Source: an uncultured Actinomycetes bacterium
Lineage (GTDB): Bacteria > Actinomycetota > Actinomycetes > S36-B12
Direction of reading: 5' to 3'
DNA length: 33,582 nucleotides
NCBI GenBank assembly: GCA_905181745.1
Contig: CAJIYV010000163.1
Span: forward strand, 1-33,582
Every line of letters starts with the position of its first letter. Positions within the stretch are counted from its first letter, which is position 1. The translations under genes and the position numbers were made by a program. Below are positions 1 through 10,380 of this stretch, in pieces. Below the pieces are notes generated by a model that saw only the letters and a program-made list of their open reading frames with translations, did no database searches and was not told the DNA's origin.

Positions 1-1325
1 TGGGCCTCGGAACCAGCTTTCGCCTGAATCCAATGCGCAGACAGCTTTTCACTACCGAGCGAATATAGCGGGCCAACCGTATGAACTCGGACACCCTTTT
101 TCACACCCTTGCGTAAGCGAAGGAACAGAATTGGTGATTCGTCTTCCGGTTCACAGCCAACTAATACGACCTGGGACGCAGATTCGACATCGCCGTAGGT
201 GAGCTCCAACGGCTTTCCAGCTACGTATGCCGCCAAGAATTCTGCTTCCTCATTTGAGGTTGCGCGCGCCCGAAAATCAATGTTGTCACTTCCCAACACG
301 ACTCTGGAAAATTTCGAGTAAGCGTAAGCATCTTCGCTTGTTGCTCGTCCACCGACTAAGACAGCGGTCGAACCCGCTGCGGCGGCCAGGCCCGCGGCGG
401 CGAAGTGCATCGCTTCGGGCCAGGAAGCTGAGCGCAATTCGCCATTCTCGCGAATGAGCGGAGATTCGATTCGACCTGAAGTTAAGTACGCAAATGCGAA
501 GCGCCCCTTGTCACAGCTCCACTCTTCGTTGACTTCCGGGTCATCCCAGGCAAGACGACGGGTCACCGTGCCGCGGCGGTGATCAGTTCGAAGGGAGCAA
601 CCTGATGCGCAGTGTTCACAAGTTGTGGGAACTGAGACTAAATCAAATGGCCGTGAACGGAATCGGTACGACGCACTGGTGAGCGCGCCAACCGGACAGA
701 TCTGAACAACGTTTCCGGAGAAATAGGAATCAAATGGTTCATCATTTGCCGTACCGACCTGCTGTTGGGCACCGCGCTCAAGTAACTCAAGGGATGCATC
801 ACCTGCAATCTCGTCAGCGAATCGGGTGCAGCGCGCACAAGAAACACATCGCTCGCGGTCAAGGAGCACTTCAGCATTGACGTTAATTGGTTTAGGAAAG
901 GTACGTTTTTCACCATCAAAGCGTGATTCGGAATGACCAGAGCTCATAGCTTGATTTTGTAGTGGACACTCCCCACCCTTGTCGCAGATCGCGCAATCAA
1001 GTGGGTGGTTGACGAGCAAGAATTCCATTACTCCTTCTTGGGCAACCCGTGCCATTTCTGAGGAACGTTGGGTGCGAACGTTCATGCCCTCGGAGAGCAC
1101 CTGCGCACATGCCGGCTGCGGCTTAGGCACTCCGTCGATCTCAATCAAGCATGCTCGGCAATTAGCAACTGGCACCAGGAGCGGATGATCGCAAAAACGT
1201 GGAATCTCAATGCCGATCTGCTCAGCAGCACGAATTACGAGAGTTCCTTTTGGAACTTCCATTTCGATTCCGTCGATCACGACGCTAACAGAATCCACCT
1301 TCTCGGTGTGATTGGTAATAGTCAT
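1..1325 (-). CDS. nuoG: NADH-quinone oxidoreductase subunit G (5' part; runs off the window)
   Basis: Not in ORF track. Manual translation from ATG at 1325 (TAATG overlap with nuoF stop): [28 protein letters not shown]...[17 protein letters not shown]...[17 protein letters not shown]...CVSCARC...CEHCASGC, the Fe-S motifs of NuoG. Confidence 0.97.
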   Translation of the reverse strand, partial: MTITNHTEKVDSVSVVIDGIEMEVPKGTLVIRAAEQIGIEIPRFCDHPLLVPVANCRACLIEIDGVPKPQPACAQVLSEGMNVRTQRSSEMARVAQEGVMEFLLVNHPLDCAICDKGGECPLQNQAMSSGHSESRFDGEKRTFPKPINVNAEVLLDRERCVSCARCTRFADEIAGDASLELLERGAQQQVGTANDEPFDSYFSGNVVQICPVGALTSASYRFRSRPFDLVSVPTTCEHCASGCSLRTDHRRGTVTRRLAWDDPEVNEEWSCDKGRFAFAYLTSGRIESPLIRENGELRSASWPEAMHFAAAGLAAAAGSTAVLVGGRATSEDAYAYSKFSRVVLGSDNIDFRARATSNEEAEFLAAYVAGKPLELTYGDVESASQVVLVGCEPEDESPILFLRLRKGVKKGVRVHTVGPLYSLGSEKLSAHWIQAKAGSEA

Positions 1326-2626
1326 TAGGCGCGCGCCCCCGAGAAGACGTATGACGCAATTGGATCAAACTGTTCGTCAGCGCTGGTGTGAGTTGCCGCG
1401 GTGAATTCGTGACTGAAGTACTTCATAGCCGCGGGATAAGGCGTAGCCGCAGCATCGCCGAGCGCGCAGAAAGACCGACCAGCGATCTGACCACACAGGG
1501 TGGTTAAGGTTTCCATTTCATTTTCTGTGCCGTGACCGTGCTCAAATTTTTCCAGCACGCCCGTAATCCAGTAGGTGCCTTCCCGACAAGGTGTGCACTT
1601 TCCGCACGACTCATGCTTATAAAATTCGAGCCAGCGGGTAACGGCTTTGACAACTGACACCGTGTGATCAAAGACCATTGGGGTGCCCGTTCCCAGCATG
1701 GTTCCCGCCTCGGCCATGGCTTCGTAGGTCAATGGGAGGTCGAGGTGATCGGCGGTCAACATGGGAACACTTGACCCACCTGGAATCCAGAACTTGAGTT
1801 CGGCACCCGGGCGCATCCCACCCGCGTAATCGAGCAATTCGCGCATTGTGATGCCCAGTGGCGCTTCGTAGATTCCAGGCCGCTGCACGTGACCCGAAAC
1901 GGCAAATACTTTGAATCCGGGCGACTTCTCAGTTCCAAATTCACGGAACCATTCAACACCGCGATCAATAATGTAAGGAATATTTGCGATCGTCTCCACG
2001 TTGTTAATCACCGTGGGTGATGAGTACAGCCCAGCAACAGCAGGAAAAGGTGGCTTTAACCGTGGTTGCCCGCGATAGCCCTCAAGCGAGTCAAGGAGCG
2101 CAGTTTCTTCACCACAAATGTACGCACCGGCACCGGAGTGCACTGTCACTTCAAGGTCAAAGCCTGAACCTTGAATGTTCTTACCAATCAGACCCGCTTC
2201 ACGGGCTTGCTTGACCGCGTAGGCGACCTTCCGAATTGCCGCGGGAACTTCACCGCGAATATAGATGAAGGCGTGATTTGCTCGAATGGCAAATGAGGTG
2301 ATGATTACACCTTCGACAAGTGCATGTGGGTTCGCCATCATGATCGGGATGTCTTTACATGCACCCGGTTCAGATTCGTCGGCGTTGACAACCAGGTAAT
2401 GCGGCTTGCCGTCATTTTGTGGAACAAATGACCATTTCAAGCCGGTGGGGAAACCAGCGCCCCCGCGGCCTCGAAGCCCGCTGTCCTTGATGGTCGCAAT
2501 GATGGAGTCAGGGTCGCTCTTGAGTGCTTTAGCGAGCGCTTCGTATCCACCATGGCTCTTGTAGCCGTCAAGTGTGTACAGCGTCGGGTCGTCCCAGTGT
2601 TGCGTAATTACCGGTGTCAGTTTCAC
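1325..2626 (-). CDS. nuoF: NADH-quinone oxidoreductase subunit F (FMN/NADH-binding)
   Basis: [34 protein letters not shown] and [12 protein letters not shown] motifs; operon position. Confidence 0.98.
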   Translation of the reverse strand: MKLTPVITQHWDDPTLYTLDGYKSHGGYEALAKALKSDPDSIIATIKDSGLRGRGGAGFPTGLKWSFVPQNDGKPHYLVVNADESEPGACKDIPIMMANPHALVEGVIITSFAIRANHAFIYIRGEVPAAIRKVAYAVKQAREAGLIGKNIQGSGFDLEVTVHSGAGAYICGEETALLDSLEGYRGQPRLKPPFPAVAGLYSSPTVINNVETIANIPYIIDRGVEWFREFGTEKSPGFKVFAVSGHVQRPGIYEAPLGITMRELLDYAGGMRPGAELKFWIPGGSSVPMLTADHLDLPLTYEAMAEAGTMLGTGTPMVFDHTVSVVKAVTRWLEFYKHESCGKCTPCREGTYWITGVLEKFEHGHGTENEMETLTTLCGQIAGRSFCALGDAAATPYPAAMKYFSHEFTAATHTSADEQFDPIASYVFSGARA

Positions 2627-3276
2627 TATTGCTGCGCTCCAGATTTTGCAATTTTTAGACCGGCAAGCATTTTTTCGTCGACGTAATTCCCGACAGTTGC
2701 TAGGTCGTCTTCTGCCATGGCCAAGGTGTGCTCGGTTGCTTGGAAGTCACGGATCATGGGGCCACGCGTTGACCACACTTCTTCACCCGATGCGAGTTTG
2801 TCAATTAGGGCAACTGCGCTTTGTGGGGTTACGTCGTCCATGAATTCCCAGTCAACCGTCATGACTGGGGCATGGGTACAAGCCGCTTGGCACTCAATCC
2901 GTTCCAACCAGAAATTACCGTCAGCAGATGGTCCGTTATGAGATGCACCCAGGCGCTCAGCAACCCGCTCGTACACAGCGTCACCACCAAGTAGTCCACA
3001 CAGTGTGTTGATACAGACGCCAATGTGGTGCCGGCCAACAGGACTGTACTTATACATTGTGTAAAACGTTGCAACCGCCGTCACCTCCGCGGAGGTGATG
3101 TCAAGTTCTTCTGCACAGGCAGCCATGCCTTCGGTAGTTACTTCGTCTTGCTCTGCTTGCACCAAATGCAGCATGGGCAACAGAGCCGAGCGTGGGTTCG
3201 GGTACCGCTTGGCTAACTCTCGCATTTTTAATCTGGTTGATTCAGAGATCACGTGCTGCTCATTTCTCTGTGACAT
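2626..3276 (-). CDS. nuoE: NADH-quinone oxidoreductase subunit E
   Basis: SALLPMLH, VATFYTMY; 2Fe-2S ligands CINTLC...CQAAC; lies between nuoD and nuoF. Confidence 0.96.
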   Translation of the reverse strand: MSQRNEQHVISESTRLKMRELAKRYPNPRSALLPMLHLVQAEQDEVTTEGMAACAEELDITSAEVTAVATFYTMYKYSPVGRHHIGVCINTLCGLLGGDAVYERVAERLGASHNGPSADGNFWLERIECQAACTHAPVMTVDWEFMDDVTPQSAVALIDKLASGEEVWSTRGPMIRDFQATEHTLAMAEDDLATVGNYVDEKMLAGLKIAKSGAQQ

Positions 3277-4616
3277 TAACGGTCAACCCCGCCCATGACA
3301 GGATCAATACTGGCAACCGCTGCGATTACGTCCGCGATCATGGAACCCTCGCTCATCGCGGAGACGGCCTGCAAGTTATTGAAAGAGGGGTCACGGAAAT
3401 GCACCCGGTACGGGCGGGTTCCACCCGTGCTCACAACGTGGGCGCCAAGTTCACCACGTGGAGACTCAATCGGGACGTAGGCTTGTCCAGCAGGGACGCT
3501 GAAGCCTTCCGTAACCAACTTGAAATGGTGAATGAGCGCTTCCATCGACTCACTCATGATTTCTTGGATGTGTTCTGGTGAGTTCCCTTGTCCGTCGCTG
3601 CCAACTGACAATTGCGATGGCCACGCAATTTTCTTGTCGGCAATCATGATGGGACCAGGCACTAGTCGATCTAGGCATTGATCGACAATGTTAAGTGACT
3701 CATGCATTTCAGCGATGCGGATCAAGAAGCGTCCGTACGCGTCTGAGGTTTTTTGGGTAGGAACATTGAATTCATAGTTTTCATAGCCGCAATAGGGCGC
3801 GCTCTTGCGCAGGTCATGGGGCAGCCCGGTTGAACGCAGGATCGGCCCCGTAATGCCCAGCGCCATACAGCCGGTGAGGTCAAGGTAGCCAACACCAACC
3901 GTTCGACCCATCCAGATTGCGTTGTCTACCAGCAAATCCGAGGTGTCCTTGAGCCGCTTGCGAAGCAGCACCACAGTTTCGCGAATTTTTTCTTCTGCGC
4001 CACTTGGTAGGTCTTGGGCGACGCCCCCCGGTCGGATGTAAGCACTGTTCATGCGAAGCCCAGAGACCATTTCGAAAATGTCGAGAACGAGTTCGCGTTC
4101 GCGGAAACCAAAAATCATGGCGGTGAGCGCTCCGAGCTCCATGCCGCCCGTTGCGAGTGCCACTAAGTGGGAAGAAACCCGATTGAGTTCCATCATCATC
4201 ACTCGGATTACGTTTGCTCGTTCTGGGATGTGGTCTTCAATGCCCAGAAGTCGCTCGACCGAGAGGCAGTAGGCCGTCTCATTGAACATCGGGGCCAGGT
4301 AATCCATCCGGGTTACGTAGGTGACACCTTGAACCCAAGTGCGAAACTCCATATTCTTTTCGATCCCGGTATGCAAGAAACCAATACCGCACCGAGCCTC
4401 AACGACAGTCTCACCCTCAAGTTCCAAAATCATGCGAAGAACACCGTGAGTGGACGGGTGCTGCGGTCCCATGTTGACCACGATCCGCTCGTTCTCACCC
4501 TCCGGCGCCGCCGCTATGCTGTCCCAGTCGCCTCCGCCAAGGTTGTACACGGTGCCGTCAGTGGTGTCATAGGACCCCGAAAATGGATCAGGATTCGTAA
4601 ATTCGGTGGTAGTCAT
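3276..4616 (-). CDS. nuoD: NADH-quinone oxidoreductase subunit D
   Basis: [28 protein letters not shown]-terminal DPVMGGVDR. Confidence 0.98.
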   Translation of the reverse strand: MTTTEFTNPDPFSGSYDTTDGTVYNLGGGDWDSIAAAPEGENERIVVNMGPQHPSTHGVLRMILELEGETVVEARCGIGFLHTGIEKNMEFRTWVQGVTYVTRMDYLAPMFNETAYCLSVERLLGIEDHIPERANVIRVMMMELNRVSSHLVALATGGMELGALTAMIFGFRERELVLDIFEMVSGLRMNSAYIRPGGVAQDLPSGAEEKIRETVVLLRKRLKDTSDLLVDNAIWMGRTVGVGYLDLTGCMALGITGPILRSTGLPHDLRKSAPYCGYENYEFNVPTQKTSDAYGRFLIRIAEMHESLNIVDQCLDRLVPGPIMIADKKIAWPSQLSVGSDGQGNSPEHIQEIMSESMEALIHHFKLVTEGFSVPAGQAYVPIESPRGELGAHVVSTGGTRPYRVHFRDPSFNNLQAVSAMSEGSMIADVIAAVASIDPVMGGVDR

Positions 4617-5308
4617 TAGTTGTAGGACCTCCGGTGATCTGGTGCGGGAATACTTGCACCCTTGTATTCAACGGGGATCCCACCCAGTGGATAGTCCTTG
4701 CGCTGCGGATGCCCCACCCAATCATCAGGCATTTGAATTCGCGTAAGCGCCGGATGCCCGTCAAAAATTACTCCGAAAAAGTCCCAAGTTTCGCGCTCAT
4801 GCCAATCCACTGACGGGTAAAGCGCGACCAATGATGGAAGGTGGCGATCTGAGTCAGGAATTGACACTTCAACCCGAATTCGGCGGTTATGTGTGATGGA
4901 AAGTAAAGCGTAGACAATATGCAGCTCCCGATCCTTGTCTTGTGGGAAGTGAACGCCGCTCACACTTGTGCACATTTCAAATCGGAGTGCCGGTTCATCG
5001 CGGCATTCGGTCATGAACGCAATCAGGTTCTCGGGCGTGACATAAAAAGTCATTTCGCCACGATCGATCACAATTCTCTCGACCGCGCCGCTCACTCCAG
5101 CGTCGACCAGTGAAAGCGCCAGTTCTTCGGCGACTTCGTCATACCAGCTTCCGAATGGCGGGATTGATGCACCGGGCATGACAATCGGTGCCACCAGTCC
5201 GCCAAAACCGCTGGTGTCCCCGGATCCTTGTGAACCAAATGCACCCTTGCGCACACCCACCAGATCAATTTCGGCTACGCCGTCTGGTACGACGGGGAGG
5301 TCGCTCAT
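4616..5308 (-). CDS. nuoC: NADH-quinone oxidoreductase subunit C
   Basis: [23 protein letters not shown], actinobacterial N-terminal GDTSGFGGL. Confidence 0.97.
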   Translation of the reverse strand: MSDLPVVPDGVAEIDLVGVRKGAFGSQGSGDTSGFGGLVAPIVMPGASIPPFGSWYDEVAEELALSLVDAGVSGAVERIVIDRGEMTFYVTPENLIAFMTECRDEPALRFEMCTSVSGVHFPQDKDRELHIVYALLSITHNRRIRVEVSIPDSDRHLPSLVALYPSVDWHERETWDFFGVIFDGHPALTRIQMPDDWVGHPQRKDYPLGGIPVEYKGASIPAPDHRRSYN

Positions 5309-5859
5309 CGCAGGAGCCCCTTCATGTCAAGTACGGAAGGTGCAGCCAAGGCAATCTGCTCTTGCTCAATAATTTGCTTTTTGCGATTCACCCCGAGCTT
5401 CATGTCTTGAATTTCGTCATGGATTTTCAGGATTGCGTCAATGAGCATTTCGGGGCGGGGCGGGCAACCCGGCAGATACACGTCAACGGGAACAATGTGG
5501 TCCACTCCCTGAACAACGGCATAGTTATTAAACATGCCACCACTGGATGAACACACGCCCATTGCGAGCACCCATTTTGGATTCGGCATTTGGTCATAGA
5601 TTTGGCGCAAGACCGGTGCCATTTTTTGGCTCACTCGACCGGCCACAATCATTAGGTCCGCTTGGCGCGGTGAGGCCCGGAAAACTTCCATGCCAAAACG
5701 GGCAATGTCATATCGCGGGCCACCGGTTGCCATCATTTCAATTGCACAACATGCCAAGCCAAATGTGGCTGGCCAGAGGGAGCCTTTACGCGCGTACCCG
5801 GCTACCTGCTCAACAGTTGTGAGCAGAATTCCCGAAGGTAGTTTCTCTTCAAGACCCAT
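5305..5859 (-). CDS. nuoB: NADH-quinone oxidoreductase subunit B
   Basis: [27 protein letters not shown]. Start moved to ATG 5859 ([15 protein letters not shown] overlap with nuoA stop). Confidence 0.97.
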   Translation of the reverse strand: MGLEEKLPSGILLTTVEQVAGYARKGSLWPATFGLACCAIEMMATGGPRYDIARFGMEVFRASPRQADLMIVAGRVSQKMAPVLRQIYDQMPNPKWVLAMGVCSSSGGMFNNYAVVQGVDHIVPVDVYLPGCPPRPEMLIDAILKIHDEIQDMKLGVNRKKQIIEQEQIALAAPSVLDMKGLLR

Positions 5860-6218
5860 TAATCCCACTCCAATCCGCCGCGGCGCCATTCAAATGCATA
5901 GGGCAAACCCAAATTTATGAGAAAGAGGAAAATCGCGATTAACCCAAATACGCCCAGCGCATCGGCTGAGACCGCCCAAGGGTAGAGGAAAACCAACTCG
6001 ATGTCGAAAATAATAAACATCATGGCGGTGAGGTAGTACTTAATGGGGAAACGGCCGCCACCCATTGGCTGCGGTGTTGGCTCAATCCCACACTCGTAAG
6101 CGGCGTATTTCGCACGGTTATACCGTTTGGGACCCGTGAAACTGGCGATTACGATTGAGAAAGCTGCAAAACCGAATGCCAAGATCCCGAGCACCAAGAT
6201 TGGTGTGTAGACGTTCAT
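5859..6218 (-). CDS. nuoA: NADH-quinone oxidoreductase subunit A
   Basis: [34 protein letters not shown]-like GAAAGGG upstream. Confidence 0.97.
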   Translation of the reverse strand: MNVYTPILVLGILAFGFAAFSIVIASFTGPKRYNRAKYAAYECGIEPTPQPMGGGRFPIKYYLTAMMFIIFDIELVFLYPWAVSADALGVFGLIAIFLFLINLGLPYAFEWRRGGLEWD

Positions 6219-6285
6219 ACCCGCCCTTTCACATACTCGAATGCCAAGCCAGTCACAGCAGCTTTTCTCTCATCTACTTGCGCGA

Positions 6286-6303
6286 TTGTGAAATTTTTCA
6301 CTA
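6286..6303. promoter_or_regulatory. Rex operator (ROP) upstream of nuoA
   Basis: TTGTGAA-ATTT-TTCACTA, one mismatch from TTGTGAA-N4-TTCACAA; just downstream of a putative -10 on the minus strand; rex gene is in the same window. Confidence 0.88.
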
Positions 6304-6311
6304 TCTGACCA

Positions 6312-6317
6312 AGCATA
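6312..6317 (-). promoter_or_regulatory. putative -10 element (TATGCT) of nuo promoter
   Basis: TANNNT hexamer 8 nt upstream of the Rex box and just after the menG stop. Confidence 0.55.
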
Positions 6318-6321
6318 GTGG

Positions 6322-7020
6322 CTAATCCTTCGGAGCAACCGCCCGGTGGATGCTCACGATTCCCCCGGTGAAATTGCGCCACTGAACCGCTCCCCAGCCC
6401 GCGTCGGCAATGTCTGCTGCCAGCTCTTCTTGGACCGGCCAAGCGCGGATTGACTCGGCCAAATACCGATAAGCATCCGGATTTGAAGAGACCCGGTTCG
6501 AGAGCACGGGCAACGCCGCCATGAGGTACTCGGTATACACCCGACGAAATGGGGCCAGCGTTGGATGGGAAAACTCGCAGATCACGAGACGCCCACCGGG
6601 CTTAATCACGCGCCTGAACTCCTCTAGGGCCACCATGCGATCGGCTACGTTTCGCAATCCGAAGGAAATAGTGACCCGGTCAAAACTTGAGTCGCCAAAT
6701 GGCAGGGCTAGCGCATCTGCCGCGACGAAAGGAATCGCCGGGTTTCGGGCTTTGCCTACTTCGAGCATTCCCAGTGAAAAGTCCGCGGCAATGACATCCG
6801 CCCCTGAGGCGGTGAATGCGGCCGATGAGGTTCCGGTGCCCGCTGCGATGTCGAGAACTAGTTGTCCTTCTTCCAGTTGTAAAGCTTTACGCACGGCGCT
6901 GCGCCAACGCCGGGTCTGTCCCACGGCCAGAATGTCATTGGTGCGATCGTACTTAGCGGCAACTGCATCAAACATCGCAGCAACTTCAGCTGGATCCTTA
7001 TCCAAATTTGCCCTCGGCAC
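6322..7020 (-). CDS. menG: demethylmenaquinone methyltransferase (MenG/UbiE)
   Basis: [37 protein letters not shown]. Start moved to GTG 7020, which is 6 nt after TGG-CAGACT (leaderless pattern). Confidence 0.93.
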   Translation of the reverse strand: MPRANLDKDPAEVAAMFDAVAAKYDRTNDILAVGQTRRWRSAVRKALQLEEGQLVLDIAAGTGTSSAAFTASGADVIAADFSLGMLEVGKARNPAIPFVAADALALPFGDSSFDRVTISFGLRNVADRMVALEEFRRVIKPGGRLVICEFSHPTLAPFRRVYTEYLMAALPVLSNRVSSNPDAYRYLAESIRAWPVQEELAADIADAGWGAVQWRNFTGGIVSIHRAVAPKD

Positions 7021-7103
7021 GCCCTTAGTCTGCCAGAGATCCCGCCTCACGCTCACTGCAGTTCCAAGTGGTTAAAACAACGCGCGAGCCTTAGGCTTAC
7101 GCG

Positions 7104-8357
7104 GTGAGCGTGAATGAGCAGCCAGGTGTCTTGCCCGACCAAGAACACCTGACTTTCCGTACTCGAGCTCTCGAACACGACCTAGAACTTCTCCAACATC
7201 TGCCTAGCGAGAGCCCACTGGCCTGGGTCCGAGGTGGCGAAGGACTCATTGGTTGGGGGGTGGCTGCTCGATTGCAAGTGCGTGGCGATGAAACCTTTTC
7301 CCGAACCCAGCGCTGGTGGAACCAACTCCTCGCAAATGCCCACATTGAGGACACTGTTAGCTTGCCGGGAACGGGACCGGTTGCTTTCGCCTCATTTGCA
7401 TTCGACCGCGATAACCTCTCCGAAGTTGTCGTCCCTAATGTTGTTGTCGGTAAACGTGGTGGACAAACCTGGATGACCACGATTGGGTCGGCGAGTAGCG
7501 TCCTGCCACCGGTTTCCGTCCCCGCTTCACCCACCACGGTGCGTTGGGCTGAAGGAAGCATTCCGCCATGGGAATGGGAACAATCCGTTGCCACCGCTGT
7601 TGAACGAATTACCGCAGGCGAACTCGACAAAGTAGTTCTTGCCCGCGACCTCATTGCACACGTTGACGGTGCACTCGACGTTCGATTCCTGATCAATCAA
7701 CTTGCTCGGGCCTATCCCACCTGTTGGACATTCGTGGTCGAAGATCTTTTTGGGGCAACCCCGGAGTTGCTGGTTCGGCGAACGGGTGGGCTGGTTATGA
7801 GCCGGGTCCTTGCCGGCACGGTTCGGCGCCAGGGGGACAAATCTACGGATGCGGATTTAGCCTTGGATCTCATGAAGAGCGACAAAGATCTCGCCGAACA
7901 CGAGTACGCGGTTCACTCAGTTGCCAAAGCACTCGCAACACATTGCACCGACCTTGAAGTTCCTGAACAGCCACGAGTTCTCGAGCTTGCAAATGTACAA
8001 CACCTGGCGACCGATATCATTGGTCAACTTGCCAGTGAAGCCCCGATCCTGTCCATTGTTGCATCCCTTCACCCCACTGCGGCCGTGTGCGGAACCCCCA
8101 CCGAACGGGCCAAAGCCATGATCCCCGAACTTGAAGGAATGAATCGTGGACGTTATGCCGGACCGGTTGGTTGGTTTGATCATCACGGTGACGGCGAGTT
8201 TGGAATTGCTCTGCGTTGCGCGAAGATTGATCAGGAGTCGCGCACCGTGCGTTCCTTTGCCGGGTGCGGAATCGTTGCCGGGTCAATCCCTGAGTTGGAA
8301 TTTGCCGAATCAGCCGCAAAACTTGCGCCCGTCCGTGACGCTCTGGAAAGCCGCTAG
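7104..8357 (+). CDS. menF: isochorismate synthase
   Basis: KVVLAR, GATPELL, LAGT, KDLAEH, LHPTAAVCGTP, RGRYAGPVGW, IALRC; men cluster context; TAGGCT at 7092-7097, 6 nt before the GTG. Confidence 0.92.
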   Translation: MSVNEQPGVLPDQEHLTFRTRALEHDLELLQHLPSESPLAWVRGGEGLIGWGVAARLQVRGDETFSRTQRWWNQLLANAHIEDTVSLPGTGPVAFASFAFDRDNLSEVVVPNVVVGKRGGQTWMTTIGSASSVLPPVSVPASPTTVRWAEGSIPPWEWEQSVATAVERITAGELDKVVLARDLIAHVDGALDVRFLINQLARAYPTCWTFVVEDLFGATPELLVRRTGGLVMSRVLAGTVRRQGDKSTDADLALDLMKSDKDLAEHEYAVHSVAKALATHCTDLEVPEQPRVLELANVQHLATDIIGQLASEAPILSIVASLHPTAAVCGTPTERAKAMIPELEGMNRGRYAGPVGWFDHHGDGEFGIALRCAKIDQESRTVRSFAGCGIVAGSIPELEFAESAAKLAPVRDALESR

Positions 8358-8441
8358 TTCACCATCTCTTTTTCACATGCATTAATTTCCCGACCACCTC
8401 CGGGCGTGGGAACCAGAACCCAATCACAGTCGAGCAGGATT

Positions 8442-8567
8442 TTACGCCTCATAGAATAGAACTGTCCTTAAGAGAACTGTCCTTAAGAACGCATGCCATG
8501 ACGCTAGTAGCGCAATCCCAAGGCCCACCGCAATAATGTGCACAACGATTGAGTCAAAAGAGAACAC
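8442..8567 (-). CDS. candidate small hydrophobic protein (41 aa)
   Basis: Manual translation MFSFDSIVVHIIAVGLGIALLASWHAFLRTVLLRTVLFYEA; TM-like stretch; TAGAGT at 8577-8582 upstream. No homology known to me. Confidence 0.3.
   Translation of the reverse strand: MFSFDSIVVHIIAVGLGIALLASWHAFLRTVLLRTVLFYEA
8458..8487. repeat. perfect 15-bp tandem duplication (AGAACTGTCCTTAAG x2)
   Basis: Directly visible at 8458-8472 and 8473-8487. Confidence 0.95.
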
Positions 8568-8636
8568 CAAGAGTTCACTCTAAGTCTGTAGCAGCCTGAA
8601 CAACTTTCCGCCGCGTTGAGTCTGCGACCACCTCAC

Positions 8637-10376
8637 TCAACTCCCAGAAAGTGCTTCACGCACGGCCTGCGCGATGTGGCCCAGAATTTCACTTTCACGT
8701 GCTCGATCAACACTGGTTACGGTGATTACATGTAAGCCGCTGTTAATTGCTTGATCAAGCGCTTCAGCTAAATCGTCTTCATTAGTGACAGTGACGGCGT
8801 TAGCTTTCATGGAAGAGGCAACAAGAGTCGGGTCTAGATCCAGCGGAACCCCAAAAACTTGTTCAAAGTGCTTGGAGTACTCGGGAGCACCTTGCTCCAG
8901 TGTCGAAAAGATTCCCCCACCATTGTTGTCGATCACAACAATTACAAGATTGATGCTCATCTCAGTGGGCGGAATCAGAAGTGCATTGCTGTCATAGAGA
9001 AATGATTGGTCACCCACCAAAGCAACCACACAGCCATCTCCTTCGACCGTGGCACTGATGGCAATACCGGAGGCCGTAGAAATACAACCGTCAATACCAG
9101 AAACGCCACGATTGCCAAGAACCACCGAGTCGGTAACACTCGTTGCGGCGAATGAGGCAACATGGCGGACAGCCGAAGACGCTCCCAAGAATAATGTTCC
9201 CGATTCCGGTAAAAGACGGGTAACAACCCGCGCAATCTGCATTCCCGTAAGTTCTTCCGGATTCAGAACGGTCTCGATTGCAGCAGCCGCCAAGATGTCG
9301 GCCCGCTGCCACTGCTCGAGCCATTCACCATCGACTTCGCATTCCTGCGGTGGAAGCGGAACAGAAGCGATCACCAGGTCCGCGCTTCGGGTTGGGTCAG
9401 AGAACTGCACGTGGCTATCTACCGCGATGTGAATCTCCGCCGAATCAATGAGCTGCAAAACTCCACGAGATAGGCCGACCTTCCCAATAGTTAGAACTAG
9501 TTCAGGGATATGGGTTTCGCGGAAGGTCTGGTCCGCGGCCAACAGGAGCCCATGGGAGAGCGTGAGATCGGCTCGGCTCAAATTAGCACTGGGTTCGGCA
9601 ATTATTGGCCAACCAATAAAGTCGCTGAGTTCGTCAATCATTTCGACACAATCGGGATCGTTGTGATCACCGACCACAATTAGCCCACGTGCCGGCACCA
9701 CTGCCTCTTCATCAACAAATGACATTATCTCGTCCAGTGGCGAACTCACGGCGGCAAATAATCTGGCATCGGCCGCCCAAGGTCTTCCATCGGGGCGCCC
9801 GTCAAGGTCCTCGACCCAATTACCGTCTGAGTCGCCCACAAGTGGAGCCGAGAATGGGATATTGAGATGAACCGGACCTGGGCTGACCGAATCAGTCGCT
9901 ATCCCGACAGCCCGCGAAACTTCCGAGCGCCAATATTTGACTTGACCTTCGGAAGTGGTGGCGGTTGCCATGTCGGTAACGGACCGAACATGTGGTCCGA
10001 AAATCGTTGTCTGCGCAATTGTTTGATTGGCCCCAATTCCCCGCAATTGGGGTGGTCGGTCAGCTGTCAATAACAGCATCGGAACATAAGAATGATCAGC
10101 TTCGATGACTGCAGGCAACAGATTTGCAACGGCGCTGCCTGAAGTGGTCACTACTGCAGCCGGGATCCCGGTGGCCTTCCCTATTCCCAATGCAACAAAG
10201 CCAGCAACCCGCTCATCAAGCCGCACATGCACACGGATGTCGAATCGCGTGTGCGCTGCGGCAAGTTCCAGTGCCAGTGGTGCACTGCGCGAACCAGGCG
10301 CAAGAACGACGTCAGTCACTCCGCAACGAATCAGTTCGTCGACCATGACTTTCGCTTGGGCGACCGAAGGCTCCAT
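8637..10376 (-). CDS. menD: SEPHCHC synthase (ThDP-dependent)
   Basis: APGSRSAPL, DERVAGF, TADRP, GANQT, GNRGVSGIDG, GD...NNGGGIF. Start moved to ATG 10376 (MEPSVAQA). Confidence 0.96.
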   Translation of the reverse strand: MEPSVAQAKVMVDELIRCGVTDVVLAPGSRSAPLALELAAAHTRFDIRVHVRLDERVAGFVALGIGKATGIPAAVVTTSGSAVANLLPAVIEADHSYVPMLLLTADRPPQLRGIGANQTIAQTTIFGPHVRSVTDMATATTSEGQVKYWRSEVSRAVGIATDSVSPGPVHLNIPFSAPLVGDSDGNWVEDLDGRPDGRPWAADARLFAAVSSPLDEIMSFVDEEAVVPARGLIVVGDHNDPDCVEMIDELSDFIGWPIIAEPSANLSRADLTLSHGLLLAADQTFRETHIPELVLTIGKVGLSRGVLQLIDSAEIHIAVDSHVQFSDPTRSADLVIASVPLPPQECEVDGEWLEQWQRADILAAAAIETVLNPEELTGMQIARVVTRLLPESGTLFLGASSAVRHVASFAATSVTDSVVLGNRGVSGIDGCISTASGIAISATVEGDGCVVALVGDQSFLYDSNALLIPPTEMSINLVIVVIDNNGGGIFSTLEQGAPEYSKHFEQVFGVPLDLDPTLVASSMKANAVTVTNEDDLAEALDQAINSGLHVITVTSVDRARESEILGHIAQAVREALSGS

Positions 10377-10380
10377 GTCC

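Noticed and set aside
227..1328. Short ORF-track ORFs suggesting nuoG is fragmented or absent
   Set aside because: They are shadow or alternative frames. nuoG is missing from the track because its stop lies outside the window, and the parts I translated carry the expected motifs.
8354..8452. Minus-strand 32-aa ORF MRRKILLDCDWVLV..., resembling a nucleoside hydrolase N-terminus
   Set aside because: Resemblance covers about 10 residues and lacks the following PGxDD motif; probably chance.
8458..8487. Tandem repeat as a CRISPR array or iteron set
   Set aside because: Only two adjacent 15-bp copies, with no spacers and no cas or rep gene.
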